From positions 1 to 44,327 of the forward strand of contig USFH01000001.1 in assembly GCA_900553925.1 (NCBI GenBank): a stretch of DNA of 44,327 nt, read 5' to 3'. This stretch comes from an uncultured Clostridium sp. (GTDB lineage Bacteria > Bacillota > Clostridia > Lachnospirales > Lachnospiraceae). How positions within the stretch are numbered: the stretch's first letter is position 1; each line of letters begins with the position of its first letter. The translations under genes and the position numbers were made by a program. Shown piece by piece: positions 27,853-38,400 of the stretch. Under the pieces are notes generated by a model that was not told where the DNA came from, made no database searches, and saw only the letters and a list, made by a program, of their open reading frames with translations.

Positions 27853-29007
27853 ATGAAATTAAGTAAGAGCAATATCAAAATTTTATTATTTATTGCAGCG
27901 GTAGCCATCCTTGGTCTTACCTATTTGTATGTATTTAAGGATAACATGAGTACTGCAGACAGCATTCAGTCTGAAGTAAATACTTTGCAGACAAGATATG
28001 ATGAACTGATGGCAAAACAGCAGGATCGTGAGATGTACGAGGAAAAGACAGCAGAGTATAATCAGAAGTTTGATGAGAGACTGGCATACTTCCCAGCTAC
28101 GCTCGATCAGGAAATCTCAGTTATGTTCATCAAGGGCGTAGAGAAAGACCAGGGCAATCTGCAGTTTGGCGTAAATTCTGTTGGTCTTGGTGAGCCAGAG
28201 ACATTTTATAGCTTAAGTGCAGCCGCATCTGCAGATGTTGCATCCGACGATGCTGGCACAACTGATACATCTAATGTGGATAATACAGAAGAAGTACTTG
28301 CAGCTGGTGGTTACCAGTGTCTGACAGCAGCATTTCCTATTACATACGAAGGATCCTATGAAGGTATCAAGGATTTTATTGATTATATCATGGCATATAA
28401 GTATCGTATGAATATTTCATCTATAAATATTGCATATGATTCTCAGAGCGAGATGTATACAGGTAGTATTGCATTGAATGCATACTGCATCAGTGGTAAC
28501 GGACGTGAAGCAGATTCCGTTGATGTAGATGTTCCAGAAGGTGTATCAAATATCTTCCTTGGTGGTTCTGGCGCAGCATCTGTACAGACATCCAGCCATG
28601 ATGCAGGTCAGGGCGAGGACATTGTCAGTGATCATGATATCCTGATTGGTCTGAACAATGCAAACGGTGACAGCTCAGATGGTATCATCGTAAGTGCAGG
28701 TAGTGATAAGGTAAGTTCTACTGCAAATTCAGTAGAGACAGTTGCACTTTCTATCACAGAAGAAGATGGAAAGAACATGGTGGAAGTAAAGCTTGGTGAT
28801 GAGTCATATTCATTTGAACTGACAGACAGTGAGCTTACAATCTATGTGGAGTCATCAGACAGAGTAGACAGTGAGGATAAGAACGGTGTGAAGTTGAATG
28901 TAACCAATGGCACAAAGGTTCCAGTTTATGTAAAGGTTGCAGGAGATGATGCGAGTGCTCCTAGATTTGCATTAGGAAGCAAGACAGGTACTGTAAAGGT
29001 ATACTAA
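27853..29007 (+). CDS. PilO-like protein with extra C-terminal domain
   Basis: N-terminal TM helix, coiled coil, ITYEGSYEGIKDFIDYI PilO-like motif; ATG 27853 after GGGGAGG. Confidence 0.75.
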   Translation: MKLSKSNIKILLFIAAVAILGLTYLYVFKDNMSTADSIQSEVNTLQTRYDELMAKQQDREMYEEKTAEYNQKFDERLAYFPATLDQEISVMFIKGVEKDQGNLQFGVNSVGLGEPETFYSLSAAASADVASDDAGTTDTSNVDNTEEVLAAGGYQCLTAAFPITYEGSYEGIKDFIDYIMAYKYRMNISSINIAYDSQSEMYTGSIALNAYCISGNGREADSVDVDVPEGVSNIFLGGSGAASVQTSSHDAGQGEDIVSDHDILIGLNNANGDSSDGIIVSAGSDKVSSTANSVETVALSITEEDGKNMVEVKLGDESYSFELTDSELTIYVESSDRVDSEDKNGVKLNVTNGTKVPVYVKVAGDDASAPRFALGSKTGTVKVY

Positions 29008-29021
29008 GAAAGGGTGTAATT

Positions 29022-30728
29022 ATGGCAAAAACAAATAATAAAGGTTTCAGTTTAATTGAAATCGTCATAGCTGTTGCCATATTGTCAATCCTTTTGACTC
29101 CAATTATTCGTCAGTTTTCGAACACCTTGAATACGAGCCGGCGTGCGAAGGCTCTTCAGGAGGCAAACGAGAAGGCAACTTATCAGATGGAAGAGTTCCA
29201 GACTGTATCCAGAGAGGAACTGGATAAGGATACCTATTACGGAAAGCCGACGGAAAAGAAGGATATTGAAGCGGAACTGTATAGTACAGAGGGTGTCTCT
29301 CTTTTAAAGACGGTAAAGTACAATACATATACATATACACTTCCGGATTGCGAGATTGGAGCAAAAAAAGATAAGTATTCAAATGTCGTTGTGCTTGATG
29401 ATTTGGCAAACAAAGTGCGGGCGCAAGGGAATGCAAGCGATCCAACACATTATAAGATTGCTTATGGCTTGACAAAAACTGATTTAGAAAAGTTTGGAGA
29501 TGGCTTTGTACTGACAAATGAGGGGTCAATTGTTAAATACACGGATGGAGTGGTTACAGCTGTTGCATGTACAGATACAACAGCGGATGGAAATCCGGTC
29601 AGCTATATTGCAGATCCGAATGATGTGAATCTGGGAAATATGCATGACCTGGATAAAGACAGTGTAGCGATGATCATGGGTGGAACATCAAGCTTTGATA
29701 CAGAGGCGTTTTCAGCGTTGTTCTCGAAGGCAATGGATCATTTACGTGAATTGGACTATGATTCATGGGAACAGGCATTGCTGAATGTTGATAGTGAGTC
29801 TATTTTGTCTGCGGAAACACTTTCCTCTTCGGACCGTCTGATCAAAATTTACACAGATCAGAAAACGGATGCACAGGGCAAAGATTATTATGTGGTAAAG
29901 GTAGATGTATATTATAATTATTCTTATTCGATTCAGGTAAAGGATCTTGATCCGGCAAAACAGGATAAGAATCGTTTTAATGATACTGTTTCCTATACGA
30001 TATTCAGCCAGAAGTTCTATACAAAGGAACCACCGGAAATTTATTTTGAATATCAGCCATATTGTATATCAGAAAAAGGCGAAGCTGTACAGTATAAGGC
30101 GGATGATTATTTCCTGTTTGATAATCATGTGGATGGTTGCAGATTGTATCTTTATAAACCATACAGAGATCAGATGAATGCAGGTGCAGATCTGTCACAG
30201 TATGATTCGAAAGGTGAATACTATACATATTATACAAACACATCCAATACGACAAAGGTAAAGATTCATTTTGCCAGCAAAACAAACAATGTACCTGTTT
30301 CTCTTGGAGCAGATGGAAAACCGGATATAACGAATACGTTGGATCGTATTTATATCTTTACAAATTTGGATATAAACGGATATACAGAGTATTCAGAGGC
30401 AACAAAAAATTTGAATATTCAGTTCTACTCAGATGATTATTTGGACAAATTTAAATATGTAAAGGGTGAGTATGAGACAAAACAAGGTACATCCGATGAT
30501 GATACGAATGTGGTTTATCCAAAATATAAGCTTGGAACAGAATATACGATAAATCAGGTAGATGAGTCAGGAGTTCCGCTTCCACAGGATAGCAAAGCAG
30601 TACTTTATACTTTGAAACAGGATACAAGAAAATCTGACCGTATGTATACGGTTACAGTGACTTTGACACCATTGGATAACAATGCACTGAATACAATTCA
30701 GTTGTCTGGAGCAAGGGGGGTTAATTAG
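29022..30728 (+). CDS. Large minor pilin (PilV-like position), 568 aa
   Basis: MAKTNNKG|FSLIEIVIAVAIL class III signal; C-terminal YTVTVTL...IQLSGARG strands. Confidence 0.85.
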   Translation: MAKTNNKGFSLIEIVIAVAILSILLTPIIRQFSNTLNTSRRAKALQEANEKATYQMEEFQTVSREELDKDTYYGKPTEKKDIEAELYSTEGVSLLKTVKYNTYTYTLPDCEIGAKKDKYSNVVVLDDLANKVRAQGNASDPTHYKIAYGLTKTDLEKFGDGFVLTNEGSIVKYTDGVVTAVACTDTTADGNPVSYIADPNDVNLGNMHDLDKDSVAMIMGGTSSFDTEAFSALFSKAMDHLRELDYDSWEQALLNVDSESILSAETLSSSDRLIKIYTDQKTDAQGKDYYVVKVDVYYNYSYSIQVKDLDPAKQDKNRFNDTVSYTIFSQKFYTKEPPEIYFEYQPYCISEKGEAVQYKADDYFLFDNHVDGCRLYLYKPYRDQMNAGADLSQYDSKGEYYTYYTNTSNTTKVKIHFASKTNNVPVSLGADGKPDITNTLDRIYIFTNLDINGYTEYSEATKNLNIQFYSDDYLDKFKYVKGEYETKQGTSDDDTNVVYPKYKLGTEYTINQVDESGVPLPQDSKAVLYTLKQDTRKSDRMYTVTVTLTPLDNNALNTIQLSGARGVN

Positions 30729-33700
30729 TTGAAAAAAATAAAGAAACTTTTAAGAAAACTAAAAAACAATGCTGGCTCCAGTATCATCATGGTAATTGTA
30801 TCAATTGCATTTATTGGTATTGTAGTAGGTGCATTGCTTTCAGCGGCAGTTCAGTCTTATCGGTTAAAATTGGTGGATATGAACTCCAGAGAAAACTTTT
30901 ATTATGTGGAACAGGCACTGAATGAGATATATACGGGTGTCGGTTCCCAGACAGTAGAGGATTTGAAAAATGCATATGTGTATACTGTCGAGAACATGGT
31001 AGAGTATGATCTTGGAAAAGGACGTTATGTGACAAAATCGGAAGAACAAACACAGAAGATGTTCACGGATGATTTCTATCGACGATTGTCTAAGAATGAG
31101 TTCTTCAAGGATGATAATGTGACTGCTCTTGCAGCAAAGCTGCGGTCATATATTACGAATGATACAGTAAAACTTGATGATAGTCGACTTGTTATAGAAA
31201 ATATTAAGGATGGAAACGACAATGTTGGAAAGATCATCCGAAATGTGACGCTGACACGGACGGCTGAGTACAATCGGTCTTCAGAAAATGGTGTGTTTAC
31301 CCAGACAATTACAACAGATATTGTAATTGGGAAACCGGATTTTGCAGTAAAGTTTGATGCAGTCAATGATCAGGATCCGAATATCTTCAAGTATGCATTG
31401 GTTGCAGATATGGGTGTCTATGTAGATCAGAAGACAACTCCGCTAACGGTGGCAGGTAATGTGTATGCAGCTTCAGATTATTATAACAAGAACTATAATG
31501 AGAGTACCTGGGATGATGATGTAAAAGATGCAGATAAGAAGTTCGTAGGATCTGCAGCTTATAATATTACAAACGAAGATGGTACTACAACAAATCTGTC
31601 GGATCTGTATGTACACGGCAGTGTAACTTCCAAGAGTGCAGCAGGAGAAAAGACAGCCCCAACATATACCTATTGGAATGCAGAAGATCCAGAGAATCAG
31701 CCTTTGGCAAAAGAGTATTATGATGGAGAAAATATAAAGAGTAAATACTCTGGATTTTATGTAAATGGTTCACAGGTATCTATTATGGCAGATACGATTA
31801 TTGTTCCTGGAACGATGGCTGTTATGGATAAAGGTTCTTTATCTATTTATGGAAAGAATGGTACAAAGACTTCCGAATCAGAAGTCTGGACAGATGATAT
31901 AGTTCTGGATGGCTATAGTACAGTTGAGACGGTCACAAATGAAGGAACCGGTGTTAAAACGAAAAAGTATAAGGGGTCAAGTGCAATCTTCAAGGCAAAT
32001 ATGTATGTGAAGGATGACACAGAACTGAATTCAGCTGGAGCTACGTTCCAGCTGAAAGGTAGCTATTATGGCTATGGAGACAGTACAGAAAAGGATAATC
32101 GTAAGTTTACACCAGTTGTCAATACGAAGAATTTCCAGATTACAGTGGAAGATGCAAATGGAAAGACGTCGATTGAAAACCGTGGTCACTATAACAGTAG
32201 TGCGATTATTGTAAATGGTGAGCAGTCGACTTTGAACTTTGCACAGGCAAAGAATATTTTCCTTGCAGGACGTACGTATATCGAGCTTTCAAAGGATGTA
32301 AACACGATCAGTGGTAAGACCAATGAGTCTGTGAAAGATAAGGATGGCAAAGAGACAACAGTAGAAGTAGATACTGTGACAGATGTATATACATACCATC
32401 CGGTTGATTATAATGCAGAGATGCCGGCATCTTTAAGAACGGATGATAATAAGACGACAACCATCCGTGATTATAAGATGGGAGAGAGTATTTCAATAAA
32501 GAGTAATCAGGAGGCTTATATTCCGGTCACAAGTAAGGGAGTTCCAACACTTGCGAAAAATACAGCCGGAGAATCACTTGGTTATTATGTAGCAGAACTT
32601 CCACCAGCACTGAAGGGAAGTACATTGTTTGAGCGTTATTTCCCAGAGGCAGTATTTGATGGAAAAGTTCCTTGTGTATTGCAGGAAGTATCTGGCAAAA
32701 AGTATTATTATTATGATTTTTCAACGGCATATTATAATACATTGTCATATTGGAGAGCACATAATCTGGCAGGAAATATTTCTGATCTGGATTATAATGA
32801 ATGGATTAAGGCATATCCATCCCCACAGTATTATGCAGCTGGATTCATCCATGATTACAGTGCAGAGCTGGAAATGCATAGAAATTATGTAGCTGCGACA
32901 GACAAGAGAGGACTGACAGACAGTGTAATTGCAGAATATCTTGTTGATATTGGCGATTATGAGGATTTTGATGCCGGAGATATTATTCTTCCGGATAGTG
33001 AATTGAACCAGAATGTAAGCATTTATTCAAGTGGTGCAATTACAACAAAATCAGGTACACAGTTTAGTATTGTCAGAGCAGATGATATGTCAGCACTTCA
33101 GAAGTTATTGACATCCGATGGAGTAAATAACATGGCAAGTGGTGTGAAGTGGAATAAAGATGCAAATGAAGATGGTTCTGAGAAGATTTATACAGATGCT
33201 TATCAGTTATCCAATGACATGGAGCTTGAGTATGAGTATATGAAGTGGAATCTTGGCCATTATACTACAACGGGAGATGCAATTAAGGATTCAAATAATG
33301 ACATTGAGAAGAAGTATATCAAGGAATTTGTGTCAGACATAAACTTTGGTGATGCAAGTTTGACACCAATCAATAAGTTCATGGATATGTCATTGATTAA
33401 GAGCGTGTCGATATCACCGAATATTTCAGGAACAGACGTTTCTGATTCTGGCAATAACCTGATTTTAGATCTGGCATCCAAGTATTCAGTATGGGTTAGT
33501 GATAAGGATGTTGTTGTGAAAGCTAGAAAGGAAGATAAAGGCAAGGTTCGAGGCATTGTAGTTACAAAGGGTAATGTGTACTTTGATAGTTCAGCTGACA
33601 ATGGCGTAACAGACTTTGAGGGTGCGATTATTGCAGGTGGTAAGATTTATGTAAATGGCAAAGTCAGCACAATTGCATCAAGTTCTGAGATTTGTAGAGC

Positions 33701-33884
33701 TGTATTACGTGAGTGCTTGATGAATAATGATGATGCTTCGAAGCTGTTGTTATCATTGTTCCGTGGCTACAGTCCAAGCGATGATTCGGGTTCAGCAGGG
33801 GATGATACAGATACAAAATCAATTGATTCAATTGATTATACAGATGTAGTCAGCTTCTCAAACTGGATGAAGAACGTAGAATAG
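30729..33884 (+). CDS. Giant PilX/GspK-like minor pilin, 1051 aa
   Basis: KNNAG|SSIIMVIVSIAF cleavage motif lacking Glu5; ENFYYVEQALNEI; C-terminal GIVVTKGNV / GAIIAGGKI repeats; TTG start immediately after the upstream TAG. Confidence 0.78.
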   Translation: MKKIKKLLRKLKNNAGSSIIMVIVSIAFIGIVVGALLSAAVQSYRLKLVDMNSRENFYYVEQALNEIYTGVGSQTVEDLKNAYVYTVENMVEYDLGKGRYVTKSEEQTQKMFTDDFYRRLSKNEFFKDDNVTALAAKLRSYITNDTVKLDDSRLVIENIKDGNDNVGKIIRNVTLTRTAEYNRSSENGVFTQTITTDIVIGKPDFAVKFDAVNDQDPNIFKYALVADMGVYVDQKTTPLTVAGNVYAASDYYNKNYNESTWDDDVKDADKKFVGSAAYNITNEDGTTTNLSDLYVHGSVTSKSAAGEKTAPTYTYWNAEDPENQPLAKEYYDGENIKSKYSGFYVNGSQVSIMADTIIVPGTMAVMDKGSLSIYGKNGTKTSESEVWTDDIVLDGYSTVETVTNEGTGVKTKKYKGSSAIFKANMYVKDDTELNSAGATFQLKGSYYGYGDSTEKDNRKFTPVVNTKNFQITVEDANGKTSIENRGHYNSSAIIVNGEQSTLNFAQAKNIFLAGRTYIELSKDVNTISGKTNESVKDKDGKETTVEVDTVTDVYTYHPVDYNAEMPASLRTDDNKTTTIRDYKMGESISIKSNQEAYIPVTSKGVPTLAKNTAGESLGYYVAELPPALKGSTLFERYFPEAVFDGKVPCVLQEVSGKKYYYYDFSTAYYNTLSYWRAHNLAGNISDLDYNEWIKAYPSPQYYAAGFIHDYSAELEMHRNYVAATDKRGLTDSVIAEYLVDIGDYEDFDAGDIILPDSELNQNVSIYSSGAITTKSGTQFSIVRADDMSALQKLLTSDGVNNMASGVKWNKDANEDGSEKIYTDAYQLSNDMELEYEYMKWNLGHYTTTGDAIKDSNNDIEKKYIKEFVSDINFGDASLTPINKFMDMSLIKSVSISPNISGTDVSDSGNNLILDLASKYSVWVSDKDVVVKARKEDKGKVRGIVVTKGNVYFDSSADNGVTDFEGAIIAGGKIYVNGKVSTIASSSEICRAVLRECLMNNDDASKLLLSLFRGYSPSDDSGSAGDDTDTKSIDSIDYTDVVSFSNWMKNVE

Positions 33885-33893
33885 AGGTGGCCT

Positions 33894-34484
33894 ATGAATA
33901 AGAGAAGATTTATGAAAAGAAATGAAGGCTACTCGTTAGTGGAAATGATAATTGTTATAGCAATCATAGCGGTGATGACAGCCGCCGCTATGGTTACGCT
34001 GACGATTATGCATAATGCAAAGGCGAAAGAGGCTGCAAGTACATTGGAAGATGCTCTTTCACAGACACAGAGTTATGCAAAAGGCAAGATGGTAGTAATT
34101 GGTGGAACCAATCAGCCGGATTATCGTTTTGCATTAGCAATCCATAAACAGGGCGATCGCTATTATGTGAAAAAAGGTTACTACAAAGGAAATGGCAGTG
34201 ACATGAATCAGTATAGTAGCTATGAGTTCCCGGATTCAGAGAATGCATGCAAAGGAAAGGGCGAGTCTTTTTCCGCATATGTAACTGTCAAATATGTAGA
34301 TGACGCAGGAACAGAGCATGATATCGGAGAGTTAAGCCAGAGTGGTGCTCCAGTTTATATCATTTATGACCGACAGGGTATGTGTATCAAAGGAAATGGT
34401 AAGTTTAGGTTCTACAAAAAATCTGGTGACAGTCTGATTTCTACTGTGACATTGAATAAAAATGGCAGTCACACATCAAATTAA
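33894..34484 (+). CDS. Minor pilin (FimU/GspH-like)
   Basis: RNEG|YSLVEMIIVIAII; IIYDRQG; ends TVTLNKNGSH. Confidence 0.85.
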   Translation: MNKRRFMKRNEGYSLVEMIIVIAIIAVMTAAAMVTLTIMHNAKAKEAASTLEDALSQTQSYAKGKMVVIGGTNQPDYRFALAIHKQGDRYYVKKGYYKGNGSDMNQYSSYEFPDSENACKGKGESFSAYVTVKYVDDAGTEHDIGELSQSGAPVYIIYDRQGMCIKGNGKFRFYKKSGDSLISTVTLNKNGSHTSN

Positions 34485-34498
34485 GGGGAGGCGCGAGG

Positions 34499-35422
34499 AT
34501 GAAAAGCAAAATCAAACAAAATAGTGGTTTCTCCCTGATAGAACTGATTATTGCGATGGCGGTGCTATCGTTCTTGATGCTGGCGGTATCTTCGTTTATG
34601 GGATCAAGTGTAATGCAGAACCGAAAGGCGAAGGTTGATATCAAGATGCAGGCAAGCGCACAGGAAACGTACGGACTAATCACAGATACGATTATGCAGG
34701 CATCGGATATTGTACTCGTTGGCTATGAAGTTGCAGATGACAGCCAGATGACGTTTTCTAATTTAGGAGATGATGGCAAAGCTGTAACGACGGCTGCAAC
34801 ACGTAAGTATTATGTGCGGGATAAGGCAACTGCCGACGCGTTGATTGCAAATCCAGCGTCATATGGAATTACCGGGTCAGTAAATGGTACAGATGTTGTT
34901 TTGTTTTCAGATTTAACAGTGGATAAGAAAATATATGTATCCAGCATTCGAGTGGAGAGTGCAGTTCCTTTAGATATGAATCAGGTTCCGGGTGGTAATC
35001 CAAATGTATTGTCAGATCAGAATATTATGAACAGCCTGACAAATACAGCGACGAAGGTATTATGTACGGTGAAAGGAACAGAACGGATTTACAGTATCAA
35101 CGATACACTGGTTTCAACATTTTGTTTTGATGGTAACAACTTGTATTATGGAAGAAAGTATGCATATATGACGGATTTGGACGATGAACTGGATATGACA
35201 GATTCGGATTCCAAGGCGTCACATCTGTATAACAAGTATTTTTCATATCGGATAGCAAGTGCAGGAGCTGCAAATGTTAATGTATCTGGTTGTGTAGCAA
35301 CCATCAATGCAGCGGATGAGACAATAGCAATTGATTTGTATTATAATCAGTCGAGCATGACTTATACAACGCTCGGCCGGATCAGTACAAGAAATACACA
35401 TGTATTAAAACCAAGAAAGTAA
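34499..35422 (+). CDS. Minor pilin (PilW/GspJ-like)
   Basis: QNSG|FSLIELIIAMAVL; QETYGLITDTIMQA; C-terminal ISTRN. Confidence 0.85.
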   Translation: MKSKIKQNSGFSLIELIIAMAVLSFLMLAVSSFMGSSVMQNRKAKVDIKMQASAQETYGLITDTIMQASDIVLVGYEVADDSQMTFSNLGDDGKAVTTAATRKYYVRDKATADALIANPASYGITGSVNGTDVVLFSDLTVDKKIYVSSIRVESAVPLDMNQVPGGNPNVLSDQNIMNSLTNTATKVLCTVKGTERIYSINDTLVSTFCFDGNNLYYGRKYAYMTDLDDELDMTDSDSKASHLYNKYFSYRIASAGAANVNVSGCVATINAADETIAIDLYYNQSSMTYTTLGRISTRNTHVLKPRK

Positions 35423-35438
35423 GGGAGGGAAAGGGAAC

Positions 35439-38400
35439 ATGAAACGAAAAATGAAGATTACAATATCAGCATTAGCAGTTATGTTCGTTGCGGCGATAGC
35501 CGTAGCAATTGCTTCGTTCTCCTTTGCTGGTAATGGTAATGATGATGTATTAGAGGATGATATGTTTGTGGCAGATGCATCCGGATCTGTTAGCGAGAAG
35601 ACGATTATTGATTATATAATTGAGAACTCCAATTCGCAGGATCCAGATGTGGACAGGGTATATCACATCGCAGAGATTACATCCTCATCAACACCATCTA
35701 CATTGGACACGTTCGTAAGTTCCAATGGATTTAAAGATTATGTAATTGATGGTAACAAGACAATTGAGACAGCTATGGCAAATGATTGTATTGAATATGT
35801 ATCATTTGATGGTTCTCTTAATAATACAAAGAACCTTTCTGCTGAGGATGCATTAAAGTATATTTCAAATGCGGACTTGATCTATGTAAGTAATGATAGT
35901 ACAAATAAGTTCTCAAAGAATAATGATCTTAGTGAAGATCTTTATGCAGCATTACACGAATACGCAGTTGGAAGCTTTAAACCATTGATTATTGACAGCC
36001 CAGCGACATCAACGATTGACCAGGATGACAGTAAACAGATGAAAGAGTTGGCATCCAGTGTGTTTGGTCCAAACGAGAAGTATTACTACACATTCAAGTG
36101 GAGTGATGGCTTGTCACCGGAACAGTACTTAGGACATGCTGGTGGATCTCTTTACTTGGGTATCAATGGTAAGACACAGCAGGAAAATGGAGTATGGAAT
36201 ACGGTGTATGCGACACAGCCGGTTGTAGATGAGACTGGAAATGTTACAGAACCGAAGCCATCTTATTTAGCTAAAATTTTGACAATCAGTGAGGATGGAA
36301 CCTCAAGTCGGACAGACTTGCTGATGCAGACAGCAGATGGCAAGAATCCGGAAGTAACGACTCCGTTATATACGGTTACGCCAGCAGAAGAGGGTGGGGT
36401 GCCTGTTACAGGTGAATATACTCCAGCGGTAAACAGTAAGATTTATACTCTGGCACCGGATTCAATTATGTATCTGAATGGTTATAATAACCGTGTACAG
36501 ACACGTCCGAATTACATTGAAAAAGATGTAGTTACGATGGATGAGGCAGCTGATGTTGATTTCGATGCATATGATATGATTGTGATTGAGGATAATTGTA
36601 ATGGCTTGACAATCCCATATGATATGTACCGGAAGTTTGCATCTGCAATGTATGGTAAGTTACATATTGTGTATAGCGCGAATATGGGAACCGGTACAGC
36701 TTCGACAGGCGGAAACTTAAGTGATAAAGACAAACGTGAAACAAACTATATGAAGTTGGTTCTTATGGTTGCTACTACAGATTATATTTCAAATCAGGAA
36801 AATGTAATGGTGACAACCAGAAACGATTTCAGCATGATCACAACAACCACAAGTGCGAAGACAGCAAAGGTGATTGCAGATTTGATCAATGCTTCAAAGT
36901 ATCGTGGAATTGGTGGAAACAGCTCTTCAGCATCCATGTTTACAGTGTTGGAACTGCAGCCATGTTATCCGATTGATCTGCAGCTTGCACAGTCCAAAAA
37001 TGGTCAGGGAAGAATCTATAGTGGAAATTATTACACGGATCCTTCCAGTATGATCGATGGAAAGACGAAGGAGCAGATTCCGGAGAATACAGAGTATTAT
37101 GCATGGGAGCTTTCCAAGGCAAAACTTGCGGATGCACTTGGAATTCCTAGTGAGAAGATTAATCTGGTGCAGATGTCTACCGAGGAATTCGCAGGTGATA
37201 AGACAGAGATACTCGGAACCTACGATATGATTTATCTTGGTGGAAATACTTCCGCTTTAAAAGATAGTGCCGAGAATTTCAAGGCATTGCAGAGCCAGTA
37301 CTTAAAGCATAATTGGAACAATCAGTTTGATCTGACAACAGAACTTACAAAGATGCCGTTCTATACAATGTATACACATAATGGCGATTTGGTATACGTA
37401 ACGTCAGCACGAAACCAGAACTTAAGTGGTGGACAGATGACGGCACAGGCAAGCAAGAATGGTAATCTTCAGAGTACATTTACATATCTGAATGGTAATG
37501 ATATTACATACAATCGTTATTTGGCTTTGAAAGATTATATTGATAAGGGAATGCCGGTTGTTGTCAGTGAGAAGCTGACGCAGGCATACCAGATGGTAAC
37601 AGCAAATGGATATCGGCAGAACTCTATCGATCCGGATTCCAATATGCGTAAGGTGTTGGATGCTTGTGCTGCACAGGCGGCAAAGAATGAGTCAAATCCA
37701 ACAGTTGTATTTGGATTTAAGCAGGATCAGGTTGTGGATATTTTCGATGATGGTTCTCTTGGAGATACCATGACAGGTTATGTATCTGTATTTGCATCTC
37801 AGAATGGCTCTGAGAGTGATAGTGAAGAAGCAGATCCTAAGACAATCGTAACAGGAAGCAAGGAACTTCTGGCACAGGTATATAATTGTTCAAAGAAGAA
37901 GCCTAAGCTGATCGTGAAGAGTATGCCGAAAACATACAACCGGTATGATAAGTCAACAATTCTGACAAGCAGAACTTTAACATTCAAATATGATGTAATC
38001 AATAGTAAAAACTTTACAGCGACATTGTATGTGGATGATGATGGAAACAGTAAGTTCGATCGAAGTGAGAGCGGAAAAGAGTTATTGACAACGAGCAGCA
38101 CAAATACATTATCGTATGAGTGTCCTTCTTCGTTCTTCGGTCCGGTATACTGGATGCTGGAGATCGTAGATAACGATACAGGAGTTGCGGTTAATCAGAC
38201 AGGATTCTCCTATATCAAGAACAGCGAAGACAAGAAGCAGGAAGTTTCTGTACTTCAGATCATGCCGGATGGCGGTGGTGGATCAATGGGTAATGATTCC
38301 CTGTACTTCTGTACAGTCTGCCAGCGTTCAACACAGATTCTGAACTACAATCCTAGCTACAATGAAGATGCGTCACGTCATCGTCATGTAGTAGAATACG

